Shown in pieces: positions 30,784 to 40,125 of a stretch of DNA of 53,350 nt. A program made the translations under genes and the position numbers. Location: positions 1 through 53,350 of the forward strand of contig CAZPJP010000008.1 of NCBI GenBank assembly GCA_964586915.1, read 5' to 3'. This DNA is from an uncultured Anaerolineales bacterium. Lineage in GTDB: Bacteria; Chloroflexota; Anaerolineae; B4-G1; SLSP01. Each line of letters starts with the position of its first letter. Position 1 is the stretch's first letter. The notes under the pieces were generated by a model. It saw nothing but the letters and a program-made list of their open reading frames with translations. It made no database searches and was not told where the DNA came from.

Positions 30784-31672
30784 GCGAGACGGCCAACACA
30801 CGATCTCTGCCCGACAGATCCGGATAGATAGTTATCACAGGCGCTTCGCCGACATCCGTCCCCATAAAGCACGAAAACGCGGTCTGGGCCAAGGCTCGGG
30901 CCGCGTTGCCCTGACGCTCACCGATCTCGACAAAGAGGCTCCCATCGGGGGTAAGACGCTTCGCCGCCTGCACCAGCAGGCGAGCCATAAGATCCAGACC
31001 CTCGGGCCCTGCGAGCAACGCCCGCCGGGGTTCGCGCCGCACCGACGGCGGTAAGATAGCCCACTCGGACGCCGCAACATAGGGGGGATTGCTCACGATG
31101 AGATCGATCGGCCCACCAAACGGCTGGAGGAGATCACCCTGCACCCAGGCGAGACGTTCGGCAACCCCGTGCCGGATTGCATTTTTGCGGGCCACAGAGA
31201 GCGCTGCCGCGGAGATATCGGTGGCAATGACGCGAAGTGTGGGGATTCGCGTCGCCAGCGAGACCGCAACGCATCCAGATCCTGTTCCAACATCCACGAC
31301 CACTCTGGGCGAACGTCGTTGTATGCGGTCCAGCGCCAACTCCACCAGATGCTCAGTCTCGGGGCGCGGTATCAGAACATCGGGCGTCACGAGAAAATCG
31401 AGACCAAAGAACTCGACGTAGCCGCGGAGATACGGCAGCGGCGTCCCTGCAACACGACGCGTGACAAGGTCGCGGTAAAGTTCGGCCTGTTTAGGCTCCA
31501 ACGTCAGCTCAGGATGCGCCAGAAGCGTCGATCGCGTGCGTTGGAGCACGTGGGCCAGAAGCAGCTCCGCTTCCAGTTGCGGACGACCGACCTCCCCCCG
31601 TAGCCGGTCCGCAGCCCAGCGTAAGACCCCACCGACGGAGGCAGGGGATTCTGCGGACTCGGCCTTCGGCAT
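30764..31672 (-). CDS. prmC: Peptide chain release factor N5-glutamine methyltransferase
   Basis: VDVGTGSGCVAV SAM motif and IVSNPPYV catalytic NPPY. FLVTPDVLIPRPETE motif. The 3-prime end overlaps the glgP end by 20 nt (convergent). Confidence 0.9.
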   Translation of the reverse strand: MPKAESAESPASVGGVLRWAADRLRGEVGRPQLEAELLLAHVLQRTRSTLLAHPELTLEPKQAELYRDLVTRRVAGTPLPYLRGYVEFFGLDFLVTPDVLIPRPETEHLVELALDRIQRRSPRVVVDVGTGSGCVAVSLATRIPTLRVIATDISAAALSVARKNAIRHGVAERLAWVQGDLLQPFGGPIDLIVSNPPYVAASEWAILPPSVRREPRRALLAGPEGLDLMARLLVQAAKRLTPDGSLFVEIGERQGNAARALAQTAFSCFMGTDVGEAPVITIYPDLSGRDRVLAVSLSPPSG

Positions 31673-31684
31673 CGGCTAGGCCTC

Positions 31685-32356
31685 CTACTCGCGGCTGAAA
31701 CGAGCCTCCAGCTTGTCGAGTAAATCGGCGGCCTCCACCAACTTGTCCAGAGGGTTTTGGTCCCCGGTGAAGTAACGATAATCACAGGGCATGATATCCA
31801 GTCGCTCCACGAGGGTGCCATTGTGCTTGCGCAACGTGTCGGTGGAGATCCCGTAATAGTCGGCCAGCTTCTGCAGCGGCACGTCCCGCAAGTTGACCTT
31901 ACGCACAGTGTAATCGAGGGCCGCCGCCCAGGCCTCGGGCTTGGGAATAAAGAGGGGTTCCTCACCGAGGACAATCCTAAACTCGACCCACATCTGGATC
32001 GCCGCGCCGATCAGGTTAATTGGCATCTGCGCAGCGGTCATCTTGTCCGTCAGCTGCTCCTCAACCGCATCCATCCCGCTGGCGAAGAGCTGCTCAATTC
32101 GGTCAGCGGCTTTGGACTCGGGCTCCAGCCGGAGGTAGTTGGCCAATGCTCGCAACGCGCGATCGAAGTCCCCGGCGCGGGAGAGTACCTGAGCAAAGGT
32201 CAAGTGGTAGCCGGCGTTGTCAGGATAGAGGGCGACGACCTTCTCCATCTCCTGAATCGCATCCTGTATATCCCAGCTCTCATACGCAACAAGGGCCTGT
32301 TGGTAGAGCGCCTGGGCCTTCCGCCGGTTCGTTGCCGTTGATTGTGCAGGGCTCAT
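31685..32356 (-). CDS. TPR-repeat protein with C-terminal HTH-like segment, function unknown
   Basis: TPR-like AQALYQQALVAYESWDIQDAIQEMEKVVALYPDNAGYHLTFAQVLSRAGDFDRALRALANYLRLEP. GGAGG lies 5 nt before ATG 32356; the ORF is open to 32401. Confidence 0.6.
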   Translation of the reverse strand: MSPAQSTATNRRKAQALYQQALVAYESWDIQDAIQEMEKVVALYPDNAGYHLTFAQVLSRAGDFDRALRALANYLRLEPESKAADRIEQLFASGMDAVEEQLTDKMTAAQMPINLIGAAIQMWVEFRIVLGEEPLFIPKPEAWAAALDYTVRKVNLRDVPLQKLADYYGISTDTLRKHNGTLVERLDIMPCDYRYFTGDQNPLDKLVEAADLLDKLEARFSRE

Positions 32357-32539
32357 CACGACCTCCAGAGAAGATGAGGGCAGATATGTCGCCAGATCCA
32401 CGCGGTGCCATTATAGCACCGAAGCCTGGCGTGCCAATTAGGATGATCGCAGATTGTGGAGGGTCGCATCGGTAACCTCCCGATCACGACGGGGGAATGG
32501 GAAAGACAAGGGGACCTTCTGACGGGGAGTGCAGGAACT

Positions 32540-34792
32540 TCACCACCAGCGATCGGCTTGTAGCTCGACGCCCCAGGAGGACAGCACCTCCGACACCTCT
32601 TCCCAGTGGCTGTCGGTGACGACGGCGAGATCGCTCGTGCCGGGAAGCGGGCGCAACCATCGATGGAGACGGGCGTCAGCCTTTCGGAGTTCCGCCAAGG
32701 CATGGGGACTGGGAAGCCGCAGCAGGCGGATATTGGCAACCTGACCGTCGCCATAGACCTTGCCCCACGCTTTGAGCCGCTTCTCCCATCCGTCGGGTAG
32801 CGGCTGCCCCGTCATCTCCTCCAACATCTCGATGATGTCCAGGGGATCGATACCCAAAGTTGCCGCGGCCCGCACCGTCTGGGGGGTCACACGCCAGCGC
32901 CCGTTATCAGATTCGGCGACACGACGCAGCGTGCCGGTCACGTAAAGGCTGGGCACAGCGGCGCGAGGCTCAAGTTCCTCCTCACGCCAGCGTATGCTTT
33001 CGAGAAGGTCAGCCTTTGGCCCCTTCGAATGAGCAGGCAGTGTGTCCAGTTCCAACAGCCGCGCTTCAACGGTGTGCATATCGTCGGGATAGAGCCAGGC
33101 GATCCGCTCCCCTAGCGGATGCAGATGGTCCTTCAGCACCGGGTCGGCCAACAAGTCAGCCATGTGCTCAGCTTCATCGACCTGGAGGATGCTGACGCTT
33201 CGGTGCACCACGATCCGCTCGTGCTGACGTCTCCATTCCTCCAGCGAACGCGTGACGTTCTGAGGAACTGGTTGGTCCGTCGCTTCCTCCAAATATGCGA
33301 GGATGGATGTAACCGTCTCATCCCGCTGGAAGGCCTCATAGACAGACTCACGGGTAATGCGATAAGTGACCACGCTCTCGTCGATCTTCTCGCGCGCAGA
33401 GAATCGCTCCAAGTTAGCCAAGACGCGCAATGGGACCGGTCCCATCGCCAACATCTGGAAATCGGGCTGCAGAATCACCTGCCAGGGCAACTCCGGTGGC
33501 CGCTCACCTGGCCGGCTGAGATGGTAGCGGCGGACCTCATCCGTCGCGCGGAGAGCTATGAGTCTGTGCTCATCCCCGACGTCCGAACCGTCGGCCTCGG
33601 CAGGCAGATAGCCCAAATCGACAACGCCCAATGCCCGGATCTCCTCCAGCGTGGTCCGCACGATACTTCGCTCTCGACGCCGCAGATTGTCCTCCACGTT
33701 TTCGCGGTAACCGCCCCCATACCAACGGAGGCTTTCGAAGACAAACTCTAGCGTCTCCTCATCGAGCGCAAGCGCACCGGGGCGCCCGCCGGTAAGCAGC
33801 GCGGAGAAGAGCGGGTAAGAGACCCACCCCACCTCGGCGATCCGACCGACCAATGTGATGATCCTGTCACGCATCTCCGAGGCCGGACGAAGCGTGACAC
33901 CCTGGTAGACGCCATAGAGACGGTCCCAGCCCAGGTCATCGGGCAAGGGGACCGCGAGGCGTCCATAGGCCCGCATCAGGTCGCGGAGCTGGCGCACCGG
34001 AGACGCACTCCAAAAGAGCGTCACAGCATCACCGGTCACGGCGGATATCGTCGATCCATCCTGTGTCACGAGGTTGAGAGCCAGCAGCATCTCATAGAGA
34101 TACGCCACGCGCTCAAGGCCGGCCTCCTCATCTAGTCCCAAAGCCTCTGCTAGCCGCCGCCGGTCGCGTTTGCCCATCTCCCCGGACTTCAGCTGGCGGG
34201 CTGACTGGCGACGGAGCTCCGCCCAGGCAAAAAAGAGCTCCCGCAGCGACTGTCGCACTTCGCCTTCGCGCACCTGCATCGAGGCCGGAACCTCAGTCCG
34301 CAGCGCTCCGGGGCAGGGCTCTGGCGGAGCAAGCTCAAAGCCCGAAAGGGCGCTACGGACCTCTTTCGGGATGCCGACGTGATAGAGTTGGTTCAGGGTT
34401 CGGAGCGTCGACGTGCCCATCGGCTCTGTCTGATTCACCACGACACCCTTCATCAAAAGGCTGCGCATGACCTCACGCACCGTCGGTCGGCCAGCAATTG
34501 TGGACTGTTCTCCAGCCTCGGCCAGTCCGGCAAGCATCAGGGGCGTGGCTATGTTCCGAAGGCTGACGGGCTCCTCAGCATTGAGAACCACGCCAAGGGC
34601 AGCGGTCTCCGCCTTGCTCAGCGAGCGAATGAAATCCCGGGATCGTGCCAACTGCGGGATCAGCCGGCCCAGCTCACTGACGAGCCAGGCTTTGCGCACC
34701 GGCGTACGGTCGGGCTCCAAGCCCAGATGATCCGCAATGGCCTGAAGCGCGTTTATGTGATAGCTCTGCAGCGAGGTCCCGAGGGACTCCAC
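32540..34792 (-). CDS. XPB-associated large protein B (750 aa) with two XPB-NTD / p52(Tfb2)-like modules
   Basis: Module 1: VILQPDFQMLA...VVTYRITRESVYEAFQRDETVTSILAYLEEATDQPVPQNVTRSLEEWRRQHERI. Module 2: RWRVTPQTVRAAATLGIDPLDIIEMLEEMTGQPLPDGWEKRLKAWGKVYG. The GTG start lies 1 nt after the stop of the upstream gene. Confidence 0.75.
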   Translation of the reverse strand: MESLGTSLQSYHINALQAIADHLGLEPDRTPVRKAWLVSELGRLIPQLARSRDFIRSLSKAETAALGVVLNAEEPVSLRNIATPLMLAGLAEAGEQSTIAGRPTVREVMRSLLMKGVVVNQTEPMGTSTLRTLNQLYHVGIPKEVRSALSGFELAPPEPCPGALRTEVPASMQVREGEVRQSLRELFFAWAELRRQSARQLKSGEMGKRDRRRLAEALGLDEEAGLERVAYLYEMLLALNLVTQDGSTISAVTGDAVTLFWSASPVRQLRDLMRAYGRLAVPLPDDLGWDRLYGVYQGVTLRPASEMRDRIITLVGRIAEVGWVSYPLFSALLTGGRPGALALDEETLEFVFESLRWYGGGYRENVEDNLRRRERSIVRTTLEEIRALGVVDLGYLPAEADGSDVGDEHRLIALRATDEVRRYHLSRPGERPPELPWQVILQPDFQMLAMGPVPLRVLANLERFSAREKIDESVVTYRITRESVYEAFQRDETVTSILAYLEEATDQPVPQNVTRSLEEWRRQHERIVVHRSVSILQVDEAEHMADLLADPVLKDHLHPLGERIAWLYPDDMHTVEARLLELDTLPAHSKGPKADLLESIRWREEELEPRAAVPSLYVTGTLRRVAESDNGRWRVTPQTVRAAATLGIDPLDIIEMLEEMTGQPLPDGWEKRLKAWGKVYGDGQVANIRLLRLPSPHALAELRKADARLHRWLRPLPGTSDLAVVTDSHWEEVSEVLSSWGVELQADRWW

Positions 34793-34793
34793 C

Positions 34794-36728
34794 TTACGAA
34801 GTCTCCTTGGGCATATATCCCTGCCGGCTCAGATCATCGAGGATGCGGTCAACATCCTCCTCCTTGAGGAAGGCGGCTTTGGGGGTCAATAGTCCCGCAA
34901 TCGAGGCCTGCAAACTGGGCAGTGAGACCTGTAGCTCCTGCATCGTGAATGCGTCGCGGGTCTCGAGCAGCGCCTGCGAGGGATAAAGACGCACGCGACC
35001 ATACCGTCCCCACCAGTTCTCCCACCAATCGACGATCTCGGGCAGCGGATCAAACCCCACACAGGTCCTCCAGGCATCCTCCAAAACAGTAGGATCCGCA
35101 CCCTTTTCGAAAGCGTGATGGAGCCTCTGCACATCCAGGCGATATCTCACCAAACTCTGAGAGAACCCGGAGGGCTTAGCCCAGCGCAGAATGAACGTCA
35201 CGAAATCCGGCGGCACCGGCGTCTGGATCTCGAGGCTTTGCTCATCCGCGAGGAAGCGCACGGCGTCCGGCGAGAGCTGGCCTGCGGCGTCGAGGACGAC
35301 CTCGCTGATCTTGCCCCAGTGTAGGTTCTGCAACCCGTGCAACCGTACGGCCGTCACGTGCTCCCGGGAAGGTCCGAGATCGACCAGCCCCAGGGCGTGA
35401 AGGGGCCCCGTGAGCATACGCTCAAGAGCGCTGTGGAGGAAAGCCGTCCAGCCTCCTTTTGCTTGATCAGGCGTCAGACCCATCAAATAGCGATGGGTGT
35501 CCGGCGTGGGAAAGAGCTCGTCCAGCCACCGATACAGATCATCAGTCGCAAGCCACGTGTTATGCGGTAGAAAGGAGAGCAGCTCAAGCAGCACCCAGCG
35601 GAGATTCGAGCAGCTCAGCGCCACCGACTCGTCGATAGAGTTAAGGCTCCAGTACCCGTGGTAAGGGCGGCGCACGCGCACGGTTCCCTCTCGCCACCAG
35701 GGCCACCACACGGCCCATTGGGATATGTTGCGGTAGAGCCGGTAAATGACGCTCACCTGCCGACCAGGCGTCAACGCCATCCAGTCATGAGCCAAATCCG
35801 CGTCCACCGTCAGCGGGCTACCCTGCCAGATGACGCCGCCTCCAACCAGCACGTGGTAGAGGAATTCCGCCCAGGCTTCTGAGGTTCCCAAAGTATCTGT
35901 CCATATTTGCAGCGCACGCTCCGCCAGTCGCGGCTCTGGCGGCCAAAGCTCGATCGTTCGCTCGCGCTCGACGTTCTCCTGCAGCCTCTCCGCATCGGCC
36001 GGCACCGGGGGCCAACAAACTACCGGCTCGGCATAGGGATACTCCGGCGCCTCCCATCTCGGCTGCGGGCGAAGCTCGAAGGTCTCCGTCTGCAACAAAC
36101 CGAGCAACTGCTGAACCTGCGCCACAATATGGCGGGGATCGGCGGCGGGCACAACCTGCTTCGGTTCCGATGAGCGGGGGAACTCGATGGTGAGCTGGGG
36201 CAGGAGCTCCATCGTTCCATACGGCACGAGAAGCTCACCATTCTCTGATTCCAGCACGAGTCCGGCTCCGACAACGCTCTGGGCCAGCTCTGGCCAGGGC
36301 GTCGAGAAATCCCTCCAGAGGGTACTGGCCTGAGGGGCGACGTAAAAGCCCTGGATACCCATGTGTAGGAGCAGATGTGTGTAGTAACGGCGCTCCTCAT
36401 CCGAGAGGCGCCCCAGTGCGTCGGCGAGGCGCGTTGAGTCGAGGAAAAGCGTAGCCAGTTGCTCCGCCAGGCCGCGACGCGTGCGTCCCCGCGGCTCACC
36501 TCCGAGCATCTCAATCTGCTCGCGCAGATGGTCCACACGCCATCCGGTCTCGACGATTTCGTCGACCATCGAGGGAACGAGATCAACCTCGTCCATCTGC
36601 CAGGAAGGATCGTAGGGATACGGGATGGGATCCGGCGCCGCCTCCCAGTGATAGCCGAGGCCCGGCTTGAGAGCCGCGTGCGCGTCCTTGATCCTGCTAC
36701 CCTCGTGTTTGATGCCCATCTTCCTCAT
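34794..36728 (-). CDS. XPB-associated large protein A (644 aa), paralogue of protein B, C-terminal XPB-NTD / p52-like module
   Basis: C-terminal LVRYRLDVQRLHHAFEKGADPTVLEDAWRTCVGFDPLPEIVDWWENWWGRYGRVRLY shares RYGRVRL with the XPB N-terminal domain. Begins 35 nt after the XPB stop. Confidence 0.7.
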   Translation of the reverse strand: MRKMGIKHEGSRIKDAHAALKPGLGYHWEAAPDPIPYPYDPSWQMDEVDLVPSMVDEIVETGWRVDHLREQIEMLGGEPRGRTRRGLAEQLATLFLDSTRLADALGRLSDEERRYYTHLLLHMGIQGFYVAPQASTLWRDFSTPWPELAQSVVGAGLVLESENGELLVPYGTMELLPQLTIEFPRSSEPKQVVPAADPRHIVAQVQQLLGLLQTETFELRPQPRWEAPEYPYAEPVVCWPPVPADAERLQENVERERTIELWPPEPRLAERALQIWTDTLGTSEAWAEFLYHVLVGGGVIWQGSPLTVDADLAHDWMALTPGRQVSVIYRLYRNISQWAVWWPWWREGTVRVRRPYHGYWSLNSIDESVALSCSNLRWVLLELLSFLPHNTWLATDDLYRWLDELFPTPDTHRYLMGLTPDQAKGGWTAFLHSALERMLTGPLHALGLVDLGPSREHVTAVRLHGLQNLHWGKISEVVLDAAGQLSPDAVRFLADEQSLEIQTPVPPDFVTFILRWAKPSGFSQSLVRYRLDVQRLHHAFEKGADPTVLEDAWRTCVGFDPLPEIVDWWENWWGRYGRVRLYPSQALLETRDAFTMQELQVSLPSLQASIAGLLTPKAAFLKEEDVDRILDDLSRQGYMPKETS

Positions 36729-36763
36729 ATCCTGCCGTCGTCTCGAGCAAGGGAATCTTCAAC

Positions 36764-38509
36764 TCACGCGCGCTGCTGCGTATGCGCCAGCGCACCAGGC
36801 ACCTCATCCCCATAGAGAATGAGATAGCGGTATCCCTGTTCGGTCAGGAAGCGTTGACGGTTAGCGCTGTAGTCCTGATCGACGGTCTCTTTCGTCACAA
36901 TACTGTAGAAATACGCCTGGCCTCCGCCGGACTTTGGCCGGAGGATACGCCCAAGGCGCTGTGCCTCCTCCTGGCGCGATCCGAAGGTCCCAGAGATCTG
37001 GATTGCGACGTTGGCATCAGGCAGATCGATGGAGAAGTTAGCCACTTTCGACACGACGAGCGTGGTTACCTCACCGGCTCGGAACTGCTCGTAAAGGCGC
37101 TCACGCTCCTCGACCTTCGTCTTGCCCGTGATGATAGGATAATCGTATCGCTCGGCGATCCGCTCGAGCTGGTCCAGGTACATCCCTATGACAAGAATGC
37201 GATCGCCTTTATGGTAGGTCAAAAGCTCGTCGAGGATCTCCAGTTTGGCTGAGTTATCGGCAGCCACACGGTATTTCTGGCGTGTCTCCGCCATAATATA
37301 GTCGATGCGTTCGGGCTCCGGCATCGGCACGCGAATCTCGTAACAGATCGCCGGCGCGATCCACCCTTGGCGCTCCAGGTCATGCCACGGCACGTCGTAC
37401 TTCTTGGGACCGATCAGCGAGAAGACATCCTCCTCGCGCTCATCCTCGCGCACCAAGGTCGCCGTCAAGCCCAGACGCCGGCGCGCCTGAAGCTCCGCCG
37501 TGATGCGGAAGACCGGGGCCGGCAGTAGATGCACCTCATCGTAGATGATCAAGCCCCAGTCCCCCTCGCTAAAGAGGTCGAAGTGGGGATATTGCTCAGA
37601 GAGCGGCAGGTCGCCATTGTCTTTGGTGCCGCGCTTGCGGTGGGTGAGAATCTGATACGTCGTCACCGTGACCGGCCGAAGTTGCTTGCGCTGGCCAGTG
37701 TACTCGCCGATCTGGTCCTCAGGGATCGTGGTTTTGTCGATGAGTTCCTCACGCCACTGTCGCGCAGCCACGGTACTGGGCGTGAGGATCAAGGTATGCT
37801 GTTGGATCCGCTCCATCGCCAGCATCCCAACAATGGTCTTACCAGCGCCGCACGGCAGGACGACGGCACCGGCCCCCCCCGCCTCAGATCCATCGGCCCA
37901 CCAGACATCCGCCGCGTCCCGCTGATACCCACGAATTACGAAAGGTTCACCGCTGAACATTGTCTCGCGTAGCTCGAAGGCCAGGGGTGCGCCAACGGTA
38001 TAACCGACGAGATCCTCCGCAGGGTAACCGGCTTTCACCAACGCCTGCTTGACGTGACCACGTCGATCTGCAGGCACCTGCACCGTATGCGGGCCGACAC
38101 GCTCCAGAACGTAAGGCTTGAAATAGCGATTACGCTCCAGCTCGACCAACAGCAGGGGCTCATCGGACATCAGACGCAGCCGAGTCTCGTCATAAGGGTC
38201 GCGGGTCAGGCGCACTCGCCCGTAGCGGGCAATCACGTCGCGGATCTCGAAGATGACGTTGTCCGGAAGCGGGTACTTCGCAAAGCGCTGCAGCCCATCG
38301 ATGATCTCCTCTGCGTCCAGCCCCGCTGCGGCGGCGTTCCACAGAGAAAGCGGCGAAAGTCGGTAGGTGTGTATGTACTCGGGGCTCTTCTCGAGCTCGG
38401 CAAAGCGGGAGAGGTGGTCCCGAGCGTCCTCGTAATCCGGGCTGTTGACCTCCAGGAGAACCGTGCGATCCCCCTGGACAATGAGCGGTGCGTCGACTCT
38501 GTAGTCCAT
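36764..38509 (-). CDS. XPB/Ssl2 (ERCC3/RAD25)-type SF2 DNA helicase/translocase
   Basis: N-terminal damage-recognition-like domain (LIVQGDRTVLLEV...HTYRLSPLSLWNAAAAGL...PLPDNV...ARYGRVRL). Motif I PCGAGKT, motif II YDEVH, LGLTATLVRED (the XPB RED motif), motif VI GSRQEEAQRLGRILR. Confidence 0.9.
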   Translation of the reverse strand: MDYRVDAPLIVQGDRTVLLEVNSPDYEDARDHLSRFAELEKSPEYIHTYRLSPLSLWNAAAAGLDAEEIIDGLQRFAKYPLPDNVIFEIRDVIARYGRVRLTRDPYDETRLRLMSDEPLLLVELERNRYFKPYVLERVGPHTVQVPADRRGHVKQALVKAGYPAEDLVGYTVGAPLAFELRETMFSGEPFVIRGYQRDAADVWWADGSEAGGAGAVVLPCGAGKTIVGMLAMERIQQHTLILTPSTVAARQWREELIDKTTIPEDQIGEYTGQRKQLRPVTVTTYQILTHRKRGTKDNGDLPLSEQYPHFDLFSEGDWGLIIYDEVHLLPAPVFRITAELQARRRLGLTATLVREDEREEDVFSLIGPKKYDVPWHDLERQGWIAPAICYEIRVPMPEPERIDYIMAETRQKYRVAADNSAKLEILDELLTYHKGDRILVIGMYLDQLERIAERYDYPIITGKTKVEERERLYEQFRAGEVTTLVVSKVANFSIDLPDANVAIQISGTFGSRQEEAQRLGRILRPKSGGGQAYFYSIVTKETVDQDYSANRQRFLTEQGYRYLILYGDEVPGALAHTQQRA

Positions 38510-38518
38510 ATCTGATAC

Positions 38519-38546
38519 ATTGTACCTGACAGAGGTGCTTAGTCAA
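38519..38546 (-). promoter_or_regulatory. Candidate promoter of the XPB operon, giving a near-leaderless mRNA
   Basis: On the minus strand: TTGACT (38546-38541), 16-nt spacer, TACAAT (38524-38519). Only 9 nt (gtatcagat, no Shine-Dalgarno) separate the -10 from ATG 38509. Confidence 0.45.
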
Positions 38547-38724
38547 CGACAAACCTGGGTGGATTATCGAGCGCAAAATACGGAGACTTGACTGCCACGT
38601 CATTGCGCTGTACCTTGATCCTATCAGGGGCGCTCTAGCTGCCCGTGGGGACTGTAACAGAAGATATCCGCAGCCGCCTTCGTCTGAGGGAAGAAGGCCT
38701 TCACAAACCGAGGAGAAGATACGA

Positions 38725-39270
38725 ATGGGTCAACGCTACACTGCGCTCAACGAGGCGATGAAAGCGTTCATCGAGCAACAGAAGATCTATTTCGTCGGGA
38801 CAGCGCCAGAAGAAGGGCGGATCAACGTCTCGCCCAAAGGATTGGACACGTTGCGCATATTAGGTGATACCCGGATTACGTGGCTGAACCTGACCGGCAG
38901 CGGCAATGAGACGGCAGCGCATCTGATCGAGGATGGTCGCATGACGATCATGTTCTGCTCTTTCGAGGGCGATCCTATGATCCTGCGGCTGTATGGGCGT
39001 GCTCGGCCTGTGCATCCGCACGACGACGACTGGGACGAGCTCATCGCTCTCTTCCCCGCATTACCAGGACCCCGACAGGTGATCGACATGCACATAGACC
39101 TGGTACAGACGTCGTGTGGCGCCGGTGTCCCTCTGTATGAATATGTGGGCCAGCGCGATCAGCTGACGAGCTGGCTGGCGGACCAAGGGGATGAAGATAT
39201 CCGAGCCTACTGGCAGGAAGCCAACGCGATCAGCCTCGATGGCAAGCCAACGGGCATACTGGATGGCTGA
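38725..39270 (+). CDS. Pyridoxamine 5-prime-phosphate oxidase-like FMN-binding split-barrel protein
   Basis: The IYFVGTAPEEGRINVSPKG N-terminal pattern and size (181 aa) fit the PNPOx-like family. GAGGAG RBS present. Confidence 0.72.
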   Translation: MGQRYTALNEAMKAFIEQQKIYFVGTAPEEGRINVSPKGLDTLRILGDTRITWLNLTGSGNETAAHLIEDGRMTIMFCSFEGDPMILRLYGRARPVHPHDDDWDELIALFPALPGPRQVIDMHIDLVQTSCGAGVPLYEYVGQRDQLTSWLADQGDEDIRAYWQEANAISLDGKPTGILDG

Positions 39271-39359
39271 TGCAGGAGGCTTTTGAGAGACGCTACCACT
39301 GGAGTTGAACCCACTATATAGTACGAAGGTGATCAACCGCCCAAGTCAGAAAGGGCACG

Positions 39360-40121
39360 ATGGTCGACGAGAAGCAGCAGCGCGCTCCAACGGGAGGGAC
39401 GAACGGCAAGGTCACGGTTGAGGACCAGACCCATACGCTTGTACGGATCTACCTCATCGCAGGCTGGGTCACCCTGGTCTTCCTGGTCACCGTCATCGGC
39501 CTCGTCATCCGTCAAGCGGCGGTCACGCGTCTCATCGCCGACACTGAGGCGAGCAGCATCGCCATCGCCCGCGCGTTTGCGGGTGTGGTCGGGCTGCCGT
39601 TGAGAGATCATGCCCGGCGCGCTGCGGATATGACCGACGACGAGTTGCGCGCCCATCCGGATGCCGAACGCCTCGAGGCGATGCTGCTGGCGCAGATCGA
39701 GGGTCAACCGGTGGTGAGGTTTCGCGTCTATGGGGAAGGCGCCCGTATCATCGCGGCGTCGACACGGGACGAGGTCGGCCGGTATGCTGCAGATGCTGTA
39801 GTCCTGGAGATGGTCGCTGGACGTTGGTACGGTACGGCCGTGTCAGGCACCGCCACGGCGCTAATCCGTGGCGACGAGGACACCGCACCCAACGACACGG
39901 CACGTGATCGGAGACTCGTCTCAACCCGCGTCCCGATCCCGCGCGCCGGTCTGGACGTCGAGGCTGTGATCGAGATCGTCCAGGACATCACGCCAGTCTT
40001 CCGGCGCATTGTCCGCACCCAGTTGCTGGGCACCGGCGGGGTAGCCCTCGTCTCAGCGCTGCTCTTGGCGCTCGCCCTGCGGCGCGAGACAGCGAACCGA
40101 GGAGCCCGAGACAAGGAGTAA
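39360..40121 (+). CDS. Hypothetical bitopic membrane protein (TM, ~170-aa extracytoplasmic domain, TM); resembles a sensor input module without an output domain
   Basis: TM1 LVRIYLIAGWVTLVFLVTVIGLVI and TM2 LLGTGGVALVSALLLALAL. No kinase, GGDEF or HTH follows. No family recognised. Confidence 0.5.
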   Translation: MVDEKQQRAPTGGTNGKVTVEDQTHTLVRIYLIAGWVTLVFLVTVIGLVIRQAAVTRLIADTEASSIAIARAFAGVVGLPLRDHARRAADMTDDELRAHPDAERLEAMLLAQIEGQPVVRFRVYGEGARIIAASTRDEVGRYAADAVVLEMVAGRWYGTAVSGTATALIRGDEDTAPNDTARDRRLVSTRVPIPRAGLDVEAVIEIVQDITPVFRRIVRTQLLGTGGVALVSALLLALALRRETANRGARDKE

Positions 40122-40125
40122 GGTT

